Source of the DNA: a virus
Taxonomy: Duplodnaviria > Caudoviricetes
Direction: 5' to 3' (one strand)
DNA: 53,733 nt
Virus record (IMG/VR): IMGVR_UViG_3300025600_000023
Coordinates: 1-53,733 of that record
The translations under genes were made by a program, and so were the position numbers. Below, in pieces: positions 29,360-39,972 of this stretch. Positions within the stretch are counted from its first letter, which is position 1. The number at the start of each line of letters is the position of its first letter. The notes beneath the pieces were generated by a model. It had not been told where the DNA came from. It worked only from the letters and a program-made list of their open reading frames with translations, and did not search any database.

Positions 29360-30551
29360 GCGTACTCAGTTGCGTTTTCCGTCTTGCGAAGCAGATACGC
29401 CTCACTGACGCTCTTGGCGATCTTGCGACCGAAATGTGGATGGCGAGTTTCATTGAGGGACTTCACAACCACGCCTTCGCGGATGTGCGCCTTGTTGCTG
29501 ACCGGGAGCAGCGTCGTCGGGCCATCGGTATGCTTCAGGACGACCTCTTTGAGTACGGGCCGATGAACAATGCCGGCACGCGATAGATGCCCATCATTTC
29601 ACAGGCGACACTGAAGCTCATCCAGTCGAAATACTCTTCGCTGCCGCGATTGCCGACGCAGATGTCGAAGGCGCGGAAATCAAGCGGCTCATCGGTGTAG
29701 GTCAAATCCTGCACGATGCCGCCGCCCATTGTTCTGCCGAAGACCTCGCCGCACAGGAAGACGGGCTTGTCGTGTGAGTCAGCGAGCAGACCGCCCATCT
29801 CCAGCACCTTGTCGAGCAGACCATGCTTCTTGGCGCACTGCGCGTAGAGGTTGCCCTCGTCGTTGTGATCCAGCACAAAGCCCTTGGCGCCCATCCCCTT
29901 GCTGGAGATGGTGACGCGACCGCCGTAGTATTTCTCGTTGGCGTCTTTGGTTGGCACGACGCCGATGGCCAGGAAGGTGCCGTGAATCTTTTCGGTGATG
30001 ACCACATGCTCGCCGTCGTCGAACATCGAAGGCATTTTCTTCAGGTTGTCGAAGTCGTATTTATGCGTGGCCGAGAGGTCTGCACCGATGATGCGACCAG
30101 CCATGTGTGCCGGGATTGCTGGCTCGTACTTGACGACACCCAGGAACTCAGCCGCGTCGTCGCCTTCTTTGAGGCCGACGCCATACGGCAAACCAAGTAC
30201 GTCGCGCCCGGTCGTCAGAAGAACTTCGACCTCTTCGTCTTCCACAAACTGCTCGCCGCCATACACGATGCCCTGCGACAGCACGCCGCGCAGCTTGATT
30301 GCTTTGATGCGATTGCCGGTAGCGCCGTGCAGTCCGCCTTTCTGGCGTTCTTCGTCCCAAAAGCCCATCTCGACCAGCAGCCACTTCGGGATGATTGCCT
30401 GCTCGGGCAGATAGACCGCCAGTTCGCCGTTGCAGAACTGGCCTTTCTTGACGATGGATTGGTAATCGCCAACCTTGGCGATCTCGATTGCATCGGCGTT
30501 CGGATGCGGGATGATCTCGACGCGGACGACTTCGCACTTGAATTCGCTCAT
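29356..30551 (-). CDS. ATP-dependent RNA ligase, DRB0094/Rnl5 family, frameshifted near 29549
   Basis: N-terminal OB domain HPNADAIE; TEKIHGT (motif I), GEVFG (III), FRAFDI (IIIa); after a -1 shift REGVVVK (IV) and IAKSVS (V). Confidence 0.88.
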
Positions 30552-30629
30552 TGCTCTCTCCTGGTTGTTGGTGGTCTTGTGGAAGAGGCCCATCACTCGA
30601 CGGGCCGCTTGGGCAAGACGGCGGTGTTG

Positions 30630-30992
30630 TTAGGCGAAATCGACGAGCAGTTCGTCCAGTTCGTCGTCGATTGGTGCGCCCGTCACGGGCTGGTCAGGCT
30701 CGACGTTCTCCGAAACGGCGGGAGCAGGCGCAATCTGCTGCGTTTCAATCTTTTCTTCCGGCGCCTGGATCTTGCCGGCCAGCACGTTGAGCAGATCGCC
30801 GCTGTTCTCGATCAGGAAGTCGGTCACGGCGTCGCGCACAGCTTCGCTTGTCGGCAGCGCATCATCGAACTTGCTCTCGACCAGGCTGCGCGAGGCGAAG
30901 AGGATGTTCAGGTTGGTCTGGTGGGCCTTGCAAAGCGCTTTGTCGCCGAAGATCGTGCCGTCGGTGGATTGGTAGCCAAGAACTCGTCTCAT
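30630..30992 (-). CDS. Hypothetical protein with acidic tail
   Basis: YQSTDGTIF motif; RBS AGGAG. Confidence 0.65.
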   Translation of the reverse strand: MRRVLGYQSTDGTIFGDKALCKAHQTNLNILFASRSLVESKFDDALPTSEAVRDAVTDFLIENSGDLLNVLAGKIQAPEEKIETQQIAPAPAVSENVEPDQPVTGAPIDDELDELLVDFA

Positions 30993-31260
30993 AGTGAATC
31001 TCCTGTGATGGTTGGGTTGTTTTGTACTTACAGTATAGTCAGGTATGACTGATGCTGTGTTGGAAAATTAAGCGTTTCCAGCACCCTTGAATTCATTCCA
31101 CAACGGTACGGTCGTGCCGGTGATGCCCATGACGGCACCTAGAACCGCACCGATAACCACGCCGAAAGCCAAAAGAGGAAGGTAGATTGCGGCAACGTAA
31201 AGGCGACGAAATAGTTTTTTCATGATGTCTCACTTGTGACTGATTGATAATGGCGCGATA

Positions 31261-31575
31261 TTACCACGTCGGATCGGGTGTGGTGGTTTTTGGCGTGTGA
31301 ATGTGCCTGTCGAAAAGCAGATCGCAAAAGTCCTTACTTTCCTTGAGACCGCTGCCTGTCTCTTGACGATGCAGCTTGATCGCCTCAACTTTTTTGCCGA
31401 CGGTGTAAAAGTCGATGATCTTCCGCTCAAGCTCCGTTTGTTTCGCCTGAATCGGATCAATGCCGACCACCTGGCAGAACTCCTTCGGGTAACGCTTGGC
31501 AAAGGCGATACACATCGCCTTGTGATCGATCTCGCCGGTCAGAATGTCGATCACTCGCTCGTAGGCTTCACGCAT
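31261..31575 (-). CDS. Protein with ribosomal L7/L12 C-terminal-like domain
   Basis: KKVEAIKLHRQETGSGLKESKDFCD. Confidence 0.65.
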   Translation of the reverse strand: MREAYERVIDILTGEIDHKAMCIAFAKRYPKEFCQVVGIDPIQAKQTELERKIIDFYTVGKKVEAIKLHRQETGSGLKESKDFCDLLFDRHIHTPKTTTPDPTW

Positions 31576-31656
31576 TGTTCAGTCCCTTTTCTTGTTTCGA
31601 TATCGTCAGTTTAGCGACAGAGCGTTGGAGCAGTCAGCGGAACTCTCGCTTGCCGA

Positions 31657-32076
31657 TCATTTTGTGAGGACACGTTTCAGCTCCTTGTAAAGTGCATCTT
31701 TGGCAGAGTGCAGATCAGACGACGCCTTGACGATCTTGGCTGCCGCGATCATGCCTCTGAGGTACGGGTTCATTTTCGTCGTCGCTACGACGACAGGAAC
31801 AGACGACGCATACCTGATGTCACGCATGACCTTTTGGCGTCGCCCTGACTCGCCCGGTCGCGTGTCACCAGCGCGGAAGATCATCGCTTTCTCTTCAAGC
31901 GCAGAGAACCGCGCTGTGACGGATGAGTAGGAGAGGCTTGGGAACAAGTCGCGAACCTGATCGGAGATACATCCCTCGATGCCAAATGACGCGATGGCGC
32001 GGCAGACAAGCTCTTCCAGGTCCGTGACCGGGAGTGCGTGATAGGCGGCGAGGGACGTACTGGCGACGGAGGTCAC
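31657..32076 (-). CDS. Putative winged-helix protein
   Basis: YSSVTARFSALEEK...RPGESGRRQKV. Confidence 0.55.
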   Translation of the reverse strand: MTSVASTSLAAYHALPVTDLEELVCRAIASFGIEGCISDQVRDLFPSLSYSSVTARFSALEEKAMIFRAGDTRPGESGRRQKVMRDIRYASSVPVVVATTKMNPYLRGMIAAAKIVKASSDLHSAKDALYKELKRVLTK

Positions 32077-32561
32077 GCGAACTCTCCCCAGCCTGGCGTA
32101 GCTTCAGCAGCCGGCACGTAGCTCGTAGCTTGAGGCGACGAATCTCTCACATTGACCGCCATCGCCTCTGGGTGAAACGCGCCAACGAACGACGGGCAGT
32201 AGTCGTCCGAGCTATGGGTGCCGATCTCCAACACGGTTTTGCCCGTTATTTTGTCCTTGAATAAGGCGACATCATTTGTCCCATAGTCGTCATCCGGCAT
32301 ATATTCCACGAAAACCGCGCACGACGGGAATGTGTTGGCAACCACCGCGTCCGTTACGCGAATCTCATGCATGCTCGACCGATAGCCGTCATCTGGGTTT
32401 TCGATAGCCGAGTAAGTGATGCCGTCGAGGATGAAATTTACCGCCTGACAACTCTTGAAGTCATCTCCCCATGTCTTCATGGAGATTGCGCCTGTTGTGT
32501 CTACGCCAGTAAGGTTGAACTTCCTGCCAATGAACCAGGAGAGATCCACAGGGCTGGCCAT
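32073..32561 (-). CDS. Conserved phage hypothetical protein
   Basis: ENPDDGYRSSM, GTHSSDDYCPSFV. Confidence 0.65.
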   Translation of the reverse strand: MASPVDLSWFIGRKFNLTGVDTTGAISMKTWGDDFKSCQAVNFILDGITYSAIENPDDGYRSSMHEIRVTDAVVANTFPSCAVFVEYMPDDDYGTNDVALFKDKITGKTVLEIGTHSSDDYCPSFVGAFHPEAMAVNVRDSSPQATSYVPAAEATPGWGEFA

Positions 32562-32899
32562 TATTTCAACACTTTCCCGCCAGCCGCTTGAATTGCCGCC
32601 TTCACCGCGTCAAGTTTTGATATGTCGCACTCGACCGGGAATGAGGCCGTCGTCTGCGCCCTCTTCCAGCGCTTGAAGAACGTCTCAAACGAAGGTTCGC
32701 CGGCAACGCCATACACAACACCGTCTGAGATCGTTACGGCGGCTCCGTCGGGAAAGTTTTCGTCGGCCAAGTCTTCTTGGACAACTCCATTTACGGTAAC
32801 GACATCATCGTCATGCCAAATTGCGCCAGGGCTTTCGCCCCAAATAGCCTTGTCGCTGTAAAAGCGCTTGAACTCAGCGCCTGTGGTTTTGGTTGCCAT
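32561..32899 (-). CDS. Hypothetical protein
   Basis: Coupled ORF with RBS. Confidence 0.65.
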   Translation of the reverse strand: MATKTTGAEFKRFYSDKAIWGESPGAIWHDDDVVTVNGVVQEDLADENFPDGAAVTISDGVVYGVAGEPSFETFFKRWKRAQTTASFPVECDISKLDAVKAAIQAAGGKVLK

Positions 32900-32953
32900 G
32901 CTCTTCTCCCCGATGTCAGATAGGGCGCCAACTCATGCCGACGCCCTGCGTGA

Positions 32954-33748
32954 TTAAGCCGCGAGAGCCAGCGGCCCGCGCATTTCGCTGCGCAAAACAT
33001 CACGGACCCAGGAATAGTTCGTGTCGGGGTCTTTGATGATGATCTTGACGTTGTTTTTCCGCGCCGAATCGAACACGGTCACGCCACGGGCCACGGTGTC
33101 GCGCAGGTCGTTTGTGTGAAGGGTGTTTTTCAGGAACTGCGTGGTCAGCGCGACGCCGCTTGGCGACATAGAGGAAAGGTCCGAGAGAACAAGCGAGCGG
33201 TAGGTTTCCAGCACGTACCGCTCATCGGAGCCAGCAAGTATGTGAGCCACAGCAGAAACCTTCATGGCGGCACACGAGAAATACTTCACCGACGTAGGGC
33301 AGAAGGCGATCAGATCGGCGAGTGTGTCGCCAATGTGACCATCAACCTCGATCAGATCGGTGGGGGTTGGCTCGCGACCGAAGATCATACGGCAGGCGAA
33401 ACGAATGGCTTCGGAGTGGTTCTTGTCCTTGCCAAGACGATCTGCTGAGTTGCGAATGGCGCCGTCGTCGATGAAGGCGAACACGTCGCGACTCACATCG
33501 AAACACACCAGCATTTCCACGGTGGCGCCCGACTGCACAATGGCTTCAAGGCGATGCTGACCGTCAAGAAGACGATTATCCTCATCAAAGGCGATCCCCT
33601 GATGTGTGAGCTTCCATGCGCCGTCACGCATGGCACGGGCGTACTTCTTTACCGTGCTGGGGCGCTTTTTGCGATTGTTTGTGTTCATCTTGAGCCACTC
33701 TTCAGCAAGGGCCGGCGAGACGGACATAACCATATGTTTCATTGACAT
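32954..33748 (-). CDS. ParB/Srx-like (DGQHR) domain protein
   Basis: SPALAEEWL..NTNNR...YARAM...LLDGQHRL. Confidence 0.7.
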   Translation of the reverse strand: MSMKHMVMSVSPALAEEWLKMNTNNRKKRPSTVKKYARAMRDGAWKLTHQGIAFDEDNRLLDGQHRLEAIVQSGATVEMLVCFDVSRDVFAFIDDGAIRNSADRLGKDKNHSEAIRFACRMIFGREPTPTDLIEVDGHIGDTLADLIAFCPTSVKYFSCAAMKVSAVAHILAGSDERYVLETYRSLVLSDLSSMSPSGVALTTQFLKNTLHTNDLRDTVARGVTVFDSARKNNVKIIIKDPDTNYSWVRDVLRSEMRGPLALAA

Positions 33749-33801
33749 TATTTTCTCCTGATGTTTGGTTTGGCGCCGACCACGCCGGCGCCCTGCCTTG
33801 T

Positions 33802-34904
33802 TTAGAACTCGTCGTAATTGAAAGTCAGCGGACGCACAACCTGGCGCTTAAAGTGCATCTCGGTGTCGGGCCGTTTGGTGCCGAAGACGAACGTACCCGC
33901 AGCCGGATCGACCTTGATCAGCTTTTCCACGTCGATCTGGTAAGTCTCATCCTCGGTGATCTCGTTAGGCTTGCGTTCGCCCGTGAAATCGTCGTCGTAC
34001 TCGGTGGCGTAGAGGTTAATTCCCCAGCCCTTCGCCGACAGCGGGCTGCGGGGATCGTGGTGCCGTCGTCACTGCCGTACACCACCGGTTTGCCGTCACG
34101 CATGATGGTGCAGACGAAAGTGCCGCCCTCGTCGTTTTGCGGCTTCATGTTGAGAATCTGCATCGCCTCGGTCGCCGTCTCGTTGTAGCGGTTCATTTCC
34201 TCGACCAGCGCCTTCAGCATGTCGAAGCTGAATTCGTTGAAGAACGCCGACGCGATAACGACGCCGTTGAGGTTGTCCAGGTTCTTCAGGTTGTCCTGGC
34301 AGTATTCGGTGATGAAGTCCTTGTCGAGACCGCCGTATTCCAGCGAGTAATAGATGCGACCGGGCCGGTTCTGCATGTAGTTGTCGATGCGGAAGCGGTC
34401 GTTACAGGTCAGCAGGAACAGCTTCTTGGACGAGTAGGTGCCATCGAAGATCGTCAGAAGGAGCTGCTGCGCTTCGCGGTCATAGACCTTTTCGAATTCG
34501 TCGAACAGGATGATCGCCGGCTGCTCGATGCTTTGGATGAAGGAGTTGAACTCTTCGCCACGCAGCGGCTGGTTGATGACGATAGTGATGACGCCAAGGT
34601 CATCCATTGCCTTCTGCGAGATGCGTTTGGTCAGCATCGTCTTGCCGGAACCCGATTTGCCGGACAGCAGAACACCGGTGCCAGCGGGGCGATCCTGGAA
34701 GGTGCTGAGAATGCGGTCAGTCTTCTTCTCCACGTCGCCGTAGAGTTTGCTCGGCAGCGTAAAGTCACCAATCTTTTCAAGATGAAAGCCAGCCGGCGTG
34801 CAGCCAACGGTGTAGGTGCCAAACGGGAGCGTCTGTTGGATGTTCAGCGAGTCGGGGTCGGCGGGACGGAAGGTGCGGCCATTTTGCAGATAAACGTGTT
34901 TCAT
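33802..34904 (-). CDS. AAA+ ATPase, frameshifted near 34050
   Basis: GKSGSGKT, ILFDEFEK, NRPGRIYY; after a -1 shift at a C4 run, a codon-optimal frame continues to TAA at 33802. Confidence 0.85.
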
Positions 34905-34994
34905 TGGTGATCTCCTTGATTAGTCACGATTGACTTAGTACAAAAGCGATGATAAAGCACCGGGATTGGCCCGATGCTGGAAACTCTTGTTTGC

Positions 34995-36098
34995 CTACCC
35001 CTTGATGTTGATGATCGGCTTGATGTGATGGACGACCTCAACCAGATCGGTCTGCATCGCCATCACATCAAAAATCGACTTGTAAGCCAGCGGTGACTCA
35101 TCGACGGTATCGAAGCCTACCTTCGCCTGAACACCCGATGCTTCCATCTGCTCGACGAACGTCGCGACCGACAGAGTACTCTTCGCCTCGGTTCGGCTCA
35201 TGACACGCCCAGCTCCATGCGAGCTGGAGAACAGCGAGTCGGGATTGCCCTTGCCACGAACGATGAACGATCCGTCACGCATGTTGCCGGGGATCACACC
35301 CATCATGCCGTCTTCGGCGTGTGTGGCTCCCTTGCGGTGAATCCACCGGTCATCTTTGAGTTCGGCGTGGTTGTGGTTGCGGTTGATAAGGTCAAGCCAC
35401 AGAAGTGCACCGCCGCAGCCGACATGATGAATGGCCCACGAAATGCGATTCAGCATCGTCTTGCGGTTGTCCAGCGCGAACTGCAGGCCGAACGCCAGGT
35501 CGTTGATGTAGTTCTTGCCATCGGGCGAACTCACGTCAAGCCCGTAATGCCACTCTTTCGCCTTGTCCGACTTGGACGCGAGCTTCATGTAGTGCGTGGC
35601 GAGTTTGTGACCGACGCCACGCGAACCTGAGTGAATTACGATCCAGACAGTATCCCGCTCGTCGTAGCCGATCTCGATGAAGTGGTTCCCCGAACCGAGT
35701 GATCCGATCTGCTTTTCGCACGCGCCACTAGCGTAAAGTTTGGCGGCGAAATCAGAAATGCGGCCTTCGTAGCTCCAATCGACGGGCTTTGAGTTGTGGT
35801 TGAAGCCAACCGGCACGTCGCGGTAAATCTGGTCGAAGATCGCCTTCTTATTCGTCTCCACCTCTTCGCGCTTGAACAAGGTCGGGATCGCGCACATGCC
35901 GCAGCCGATGTCGTAACCGACCCAGGCTGGCACAACTACCCCGTCTGTCGCCACGACCGCACCAATGGGCAGCGCGTAGCCTGCATGGGCGTCCGGCATC
36001 AGTGCGCCCTGCACCGCAAAGCCCATCGACATTGCGTCATGGAACTGAGCGAGGGCCTTGCCTTCAATGGCGTCGCTGAAAATCTTGACAGGTTTCAT
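34995..36098 (-). CDS. rtcB: RtcB RNA ligase
   Basis: MPDAHAGY, VGYDIGCGM, GSGNHFIE, HSGSRG, NHN, HRKGAT, SHGAGR, DESPLAYK. Confidence 0.95.
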   Translation of the reverse strand: MKPVKIFSDAIEGKALAQFHDAMSMGFAVQGALMPDAHAGYALPIGAVVATDGVVVPAWVGYDIGCGMCAIPTLFKREEVETNKKAIFDQIYRDVPVGFNHNSKPVDWSYEGRISDFAAKLYASGACEKQIGSLGSGNHFIEIGYDERDTVWIVIHSGSRGVGHKLATHYMKLASKSDKAKEWHYGLDVSSPDGKNYINDLAFGLQFALDNRKTMLNRISWAIHHVGCGGALLWLDLINRNHNHAELKDDRWIHRKGATHAEDGMMGVIPGNMRDGSFIVRGKGNPDSLFSSSHGAGRVMSRTEAKSTLSVATFVEQMEASGVQAKVGFDTVDESPLAYKSIFDVMAMQTDLVEVVHHIKPIINIKG

Positions 36099-36309
36099 TG
36101 CCTCTCCTTGAAATTGAACTCGCGAACCCAAATGAACAGGGTGTCGTCGGGGTGCATCCAAACCACATGCGTTCTCATGGGTCTATCTCCTACCGGCCAG
36201 CGCACGAGCGCCCAATCGGGACGAGGATCAAACTTCACCAGCCCGATCCGCAGAACCTCCGCGATGACCGACTTCGCCGGCGACAGTTGTATCTTCGCGA
36301 TCAGCATGC

Positions 36310-37119
36310 CTACGCCTTCTCCGGTGTGTCGCAATAAACGCAGCGGCGCGGATACTCCTGATTCATCGACCTGCTGAACGTATGCTCGCCGCGTTCGCAG
36401 GGTGTTCCCGCACTTGCCGGCTTGTTTTCCAACTGCGCGAGCTGGCTGATGTGCTTCAGCCCGATGCGCTGGGCCGACATTGCGATGTAGGACTCAACCT
36501 CGATCTTGGCGTCGCTTGTTGCCTTCTCAAGCGCCTCTTCCGCCGACTTAACGACGAACTCCATCGTGCCTGGCAAATACGAGGCTTCCCGATGAAGCTC
36601 CTTGTGAAGCTCGCGCAGTTGAGACTTCGGAAGCTTGCCGGACTCGATCAAATCGCCAAGTTCATCGACCTTGCGTTTGATGGCTTCAAGTCGCTTTCTA
36701 CTGGCGTCGGCGATTTCGCGCCGAAAGGTTTCGTGTTTTGTTTCGATATTCTTGATACCTGGCATTTCGCGAATTGACGTGCCGCGTTCCGGCGCTTGAC
36801 GCAACGTGCAGGGCGTGCCGCTGCCGTTGCCTTGCGACGTGATGAACTGGGCGAACTGCGCGTGGCTCATTTCAAACTCAACCATCGGGCGACAATCGCC
36901 GTGAATCCAATCGCGATTCAAGTTGCGTTTGCGTTCTGCGCGTTGGACTTTGATGCAGACGCGATCACCGTGCCCGAGGTCGGACCCAAACAACGTGCTG
37001 TCGCCGCCGCGTGTAACCGTCATCGTCACGGTGCCGAAAGCGTCGTGATTGAAGACTTCATGCGGATCGCACTGACCTGTTCGTTCTTGCGTGACGGTTG
37101 GTTCCTTGATTTCGTTCAT
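36310..37119 (-). CDS. Conserved phage hypothetical protein
   Basis: 269-aa ORF, LFGSD motif, C-terminal Cys/His finger. Confidence 0.7.
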   Translation of the reverse strand: MNEIKEPTVTQERTGQCDPHEVFNHDAFGTVTMTVTRGGDSTLFGSDLGHGDRVCIKVQRAERKRNLNRDWIHGDCRPMVEFEMSHAQFAQFITSQGNGSGTPCTLRQAPERGTSIREMPGIKNIETKHETFRREIADASRKRLEAIKRKVDELGDLIESGKLPKSQLRELHKELHREASYLPGTMEFVVKSAEEALEKATSDAKIEVESYIAMSAQRIGLKHISQLAQLENKPASAGTPCERGEHTFSRSMNQEYPRRCVYCDTPEKA

Positions 37120-37128
37120 GCTGGTCTC

Positions 37129-37641
37129 CTAGAGTTCATCCATGCCACGATTAACAAGACGGGCGCACAGGGCTTCCATCTTCTCTTTCGCTTGCTTGGG
37201 TGTGCCGCACTGAATGGCTTTGCCCTCGATGATCGCAGACCCTCTGCGCTTGAGGATGGTGAAGGTGTCTTCGCCCATAACCCGCTTGACGGTCAGCGTG
37301 ATGTTGTCGGACTCGTCGGCGAAGATCCGACGCTCTTGCTTGCTTTCGGTGGAGACGCTCGTCGTGATCGCCTTCGCCAGATCGTCACCCACCAGGCCCG
37401 AAGCAACCATCCAGATGATGTCGCAGCCGAACGATACGTCAGCCTCGCTGATGTAGCCCGCGAGGAAGCGATCCGAGAGGTGGTTCAGGGTTTCGTAGGT
37501 CTTGCGCTCCAGCTCTTCACGAACTGTCGGCATGTCATTGACGTGCGCCAATACGTCTTTCGCTATCTCAATTTGCAATACTGCTGCCATATTCTGTTCT
37601 CCCGGTTCTTTCGCACTCGCGACAAACCTATGATATAACAA
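37129..37641 (-). CDS. Hypothetical protein
   Basis: ORF; probable start MAAVLQ. Confidence 0.6.
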   Translation of the reverse strand: MLYHRFVASAKEPGEQNMAAVLQIEIAKDVLAHVNDMPTVREELERKTYETLNHLSDRFLAGYISEADVSFGCDIIWMVASGLVGDDLAKAITTSVSTESKQERRIFADESDNITLTVKRVMGEDTFTILKRRGSAIIEGKAIQCGTPKQAKEKMEALCARLVNRGMDEL

Positions 37642-37688
37642 ACAGTCAGGAAAGTCGCTTCACTTGTGACTTATCCTGACTGCTTTGC

Positions 37689-38321
37689 TTAATGCCGAAC
37701 TATCCTGCCGTCTTCAACCGCTTCGATGTAGTCCTGCTCTGCCCGACGCCGCACCCGAATATTGGAATTCTTCAGGGCGATGATTCGGTCATCCAGGTCC
37801 AGCATGCGACGCGGCAGGTAGAAGTGCGGAACCCGCAACCGCTCATCCACCGACAAGCCAAGAATGATCGCGTTCAAATGCTCGATGTAAGCCTTGTTCA
37901 GTGCTGCCTTGCCCTCTTCCGCTACCAGCTCGATGCCAGGCTGAATGATCATCAACAGAAAGAACCGCTTATTGAAGACATCAAAGCAGTCCTGCATGTA
38001 TGTAGCCAATTTCACCTGTTCCTCTTCGCTGACCGCATCACCGACACATTCCGCCAGCGTGTAGGCCATCAAGTCCAACGGTGTTCGGTCGGTGACAGCA
38101 ACCTTGCCGGCGTACTGCGCGTAAATGCCGTCGAACTCTTTGAGGATCTCCCGCTGCACCATCAACCGCGTACCGAAGTCCATTGGTGCAGCAGGATCAA
38201 GTCCCAGGCGCTTGAAAACGCCGACCGCCGTGGTCGGGACGTAATCAATCTTGGCGCTCTCAGCGTAAGCCTTCGCAAGCGTTGACTTGCCTACTCGATG
38301 GGCGCCTGAAATGCCGATCAT
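37689..38321 (-). CDS. P-loop nucleotide kinase-like protein (AAA_28/NadR-like)
   Basis: IGISGAHRVGKST, TDRTPLD. Confidence 0.75.
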   Translation of the reverse strand: MIGISGAHRVGKSTLAKAYAESAKIDYVPTTAVGVFKRLGLDPAAPMDFGTRLMVQREILKEFDGIYAQYAGKVAVTDRTPLDLMAYTLAECVGDAVSEEEQVKLATYMQDCFDVFNKRFFLLMIIQPGIELVAEEGKAALNKAYIEHLNAIILGLSVDERLRVPHFYLPRRMLDLDDRIIALKNSNIRVRRRAEQDYIEAVEDGRIVRH

Positions 38322-38998
38322 TACGCGGTAATCTCTTCGCCAAGCGAACCACGCGGCACCACGTCGGACGCATGATGGGATTCGAGAACCGCACGCTCGG
38401 CATCGGTGTCGCGATTGATGGCCAGGGCTGCGTCGAACTTTTCGGGGAAACGCGCCTTCAGCTTGGCAATGTTGGCTTCGAGCAGCTTGTCCATATCCAG
38501 ACCGAGCGTATCAACGGCGATGGCTTGATACCAGGCGACATCGGCGATCTCTTCGCCGAAGCCAACTTCGTCGATGTGTTGCACGCCGTTCTCGTAGGCA
38601 GCAAAGACGTGTTCGAGAATCTCGCCGGACTCAGTGAAGATGCCGAATCCCGCGTGCAGCAGACGGATGTCGATGTTGTCCTTGTCGAGCGTAAGCAGTT
38701 CGGGCGGCAGCGAGACCTTGCCCTCCATCTTCATTTCGAAGACGGACTTCTGCAGATCGCCCTGCTTGGCCGCCGCGCTGATGAAAGCGAACAGACCCGA
38801 AATCGAATCGGCGACCGCAGCAACGGCGGCGCTGTCAAGATCCTTGCCGTAGAAAATGGTGCGCTTGAAGTCGTTGGCGAGCTGCGTGGTGGCAATCATC
38901 GAGACCAGCAACGCATGCAACGGAATTTCGCCAACGTTGATCTTGGCCGGAACCGACTCGGTGCGGACTGCTGCCGCTTGGTATTCTTTGTGGTTCAT
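38321..38998 (-). CDS. MazG-like NTP pyrophosphohydrolase
   Basis: LLHAGFGIFTESGE, EEIADVAWY, NIAKLKARFP. Confidence 0.82.
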   Translation of the reverse strand: MNHKEYQAAAVRTESVPAKINVGEIPLHALLVSMIATTQLANDFKRTIFYGKDLDSAAVAAVADSISGLFAFISAAAKQGDLQKSVFEMKMEGKVSLPPELLTLDKDNIDIRLLHAGFGIFTESGEILEHVFAAYENGVQHIDEVGFGEEIADVAWYQAIAVDTLGLDMDKLLEANIAKLKARFPEKFDAALAINRDTDAERAVLESHHASDVVPRGSLGEEITA

Positions 38999-38999
38999 G

Positions 39000-39620
39000 T
39001 TATTGACCTTTCGTGTTGTGGAGAAAGCCAGCGAACGCGGAAAGCGTTTGCAGCGCACCGCAGAGGCGGGTCACGGTGCCGGAGTCGAAGACGACCGAGT
39101 TGCCGCCATCGTCACCGATGCGAATAGCGAGACCGCCCGAGTTCGGATGACGCTCAAGCACGACCGCAGCGCTGGATTCGCAAGCGTCGTCGCCGTCGAA
39201 CACGATGGCGCCAGGTACGGAGATGATCGCTTCGTCGGTCACTTCGCCGTCCGGCATGTTGGAGATCAGACGATCCGAGTAGGCGGGAGCAAAGGCTTCG
39301 TCCAGCAGGCTTGCGACCTTGGTTTCGCCCAACGGGGGAGCGACCTTGGTTTCACTTTCGGCTTCCGCCGCACGCGCTTCGGCTTGACGCATGGTGTCGC
39401 CGAAGATCGCCTTGATGAACTGTTCCCGCGTCAGGGTGGTTTCATGACTGCTGTCGAACGGGCCGAAGCTGGAGCCGACGCAGCCACCGTGCGGGAAATC
39501 GTCCATCAGGTGTTCGTTGGTTTTCGGAAATACGACAGACGCGCTCGCTGCGCCGCTCTTTCCGAACAGCAGTTCATGAAGCGGGCTGACGTTGGCATTG
39601 CTCTGGTTGGCTTGGGACAT
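39000..39620 (-). CDS. Hypothetical protein
   Basis: RBS AAGGAG. Confidence 0.6.
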   Translation of the reverse strand: MSQANQSNANVSPLHELLFGKSGAASASVVFPKTNEHLMDDFPHGGCVGSSFGPFDSSHETTLTREQFIKAIFGDTMRQAEARAAEAESETKVAPPLGETKVASLLDEAFAPAYSDRLISNMPDGEVTDEAIISVPGAIVFDGDDACESSAAVVLERHPNSGGLAIRIGDDGGNSVVFDSGTVTRLCGALQTLSAFAGFLHNTKGQ

Positions 39621-39650
39621 GATGACTCCTTTGGGCTGTGTGATATTGGG

Positions 39651-39908
39651 TTAGGCGGTGATCAGCGCGGCGACCTTGGCGGCCACGCTGCGGGCGCGGT
39701 TGGCTTCGGCGTAGGCGATGCTGGCGGCTTTTTCGGCCACCGCCTTCGCCTCGTTGTGCAGATCGGCAAGAGCCGTATGCTCGGCTTCAACCTTCTTCAG
39801 TTCATCGACCGCCTTGTAGAAGGTGGTCAATGCGTCGTCGGTGGTCTTCTTGCGGAGCAGCCCGATGGCAACAAGCAGGGATTGCAGAAGGTCTTTCATC
39901 TGTTTCAT
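39651..39908 (-). CDS. Ala-rich coiled-coil protein
   Basis: RBS GGAG. Confidence 0.6.
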   Translation of the reverse strand: MKQMKDLLQSLLVAIGLLRKKTTDDALTTFYKAVDELKKVEAEHTALADLHNEAKAVAEKAASIAYAEANRARSVAAKVAALITA

Positions 39909-39972
39909 GATGTATCTCCGGTTTGTATTGGTTCAGTGCTGACTTATCTAGTATAGCCCGAAAATATAAGGA

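Noticed and set aside
34040-34060. Programmed frameshift in the AAA+ ATPase
   Set aside because: Single-base loss in a C run with no canonical slippery heptamer; most likely a sequencing error
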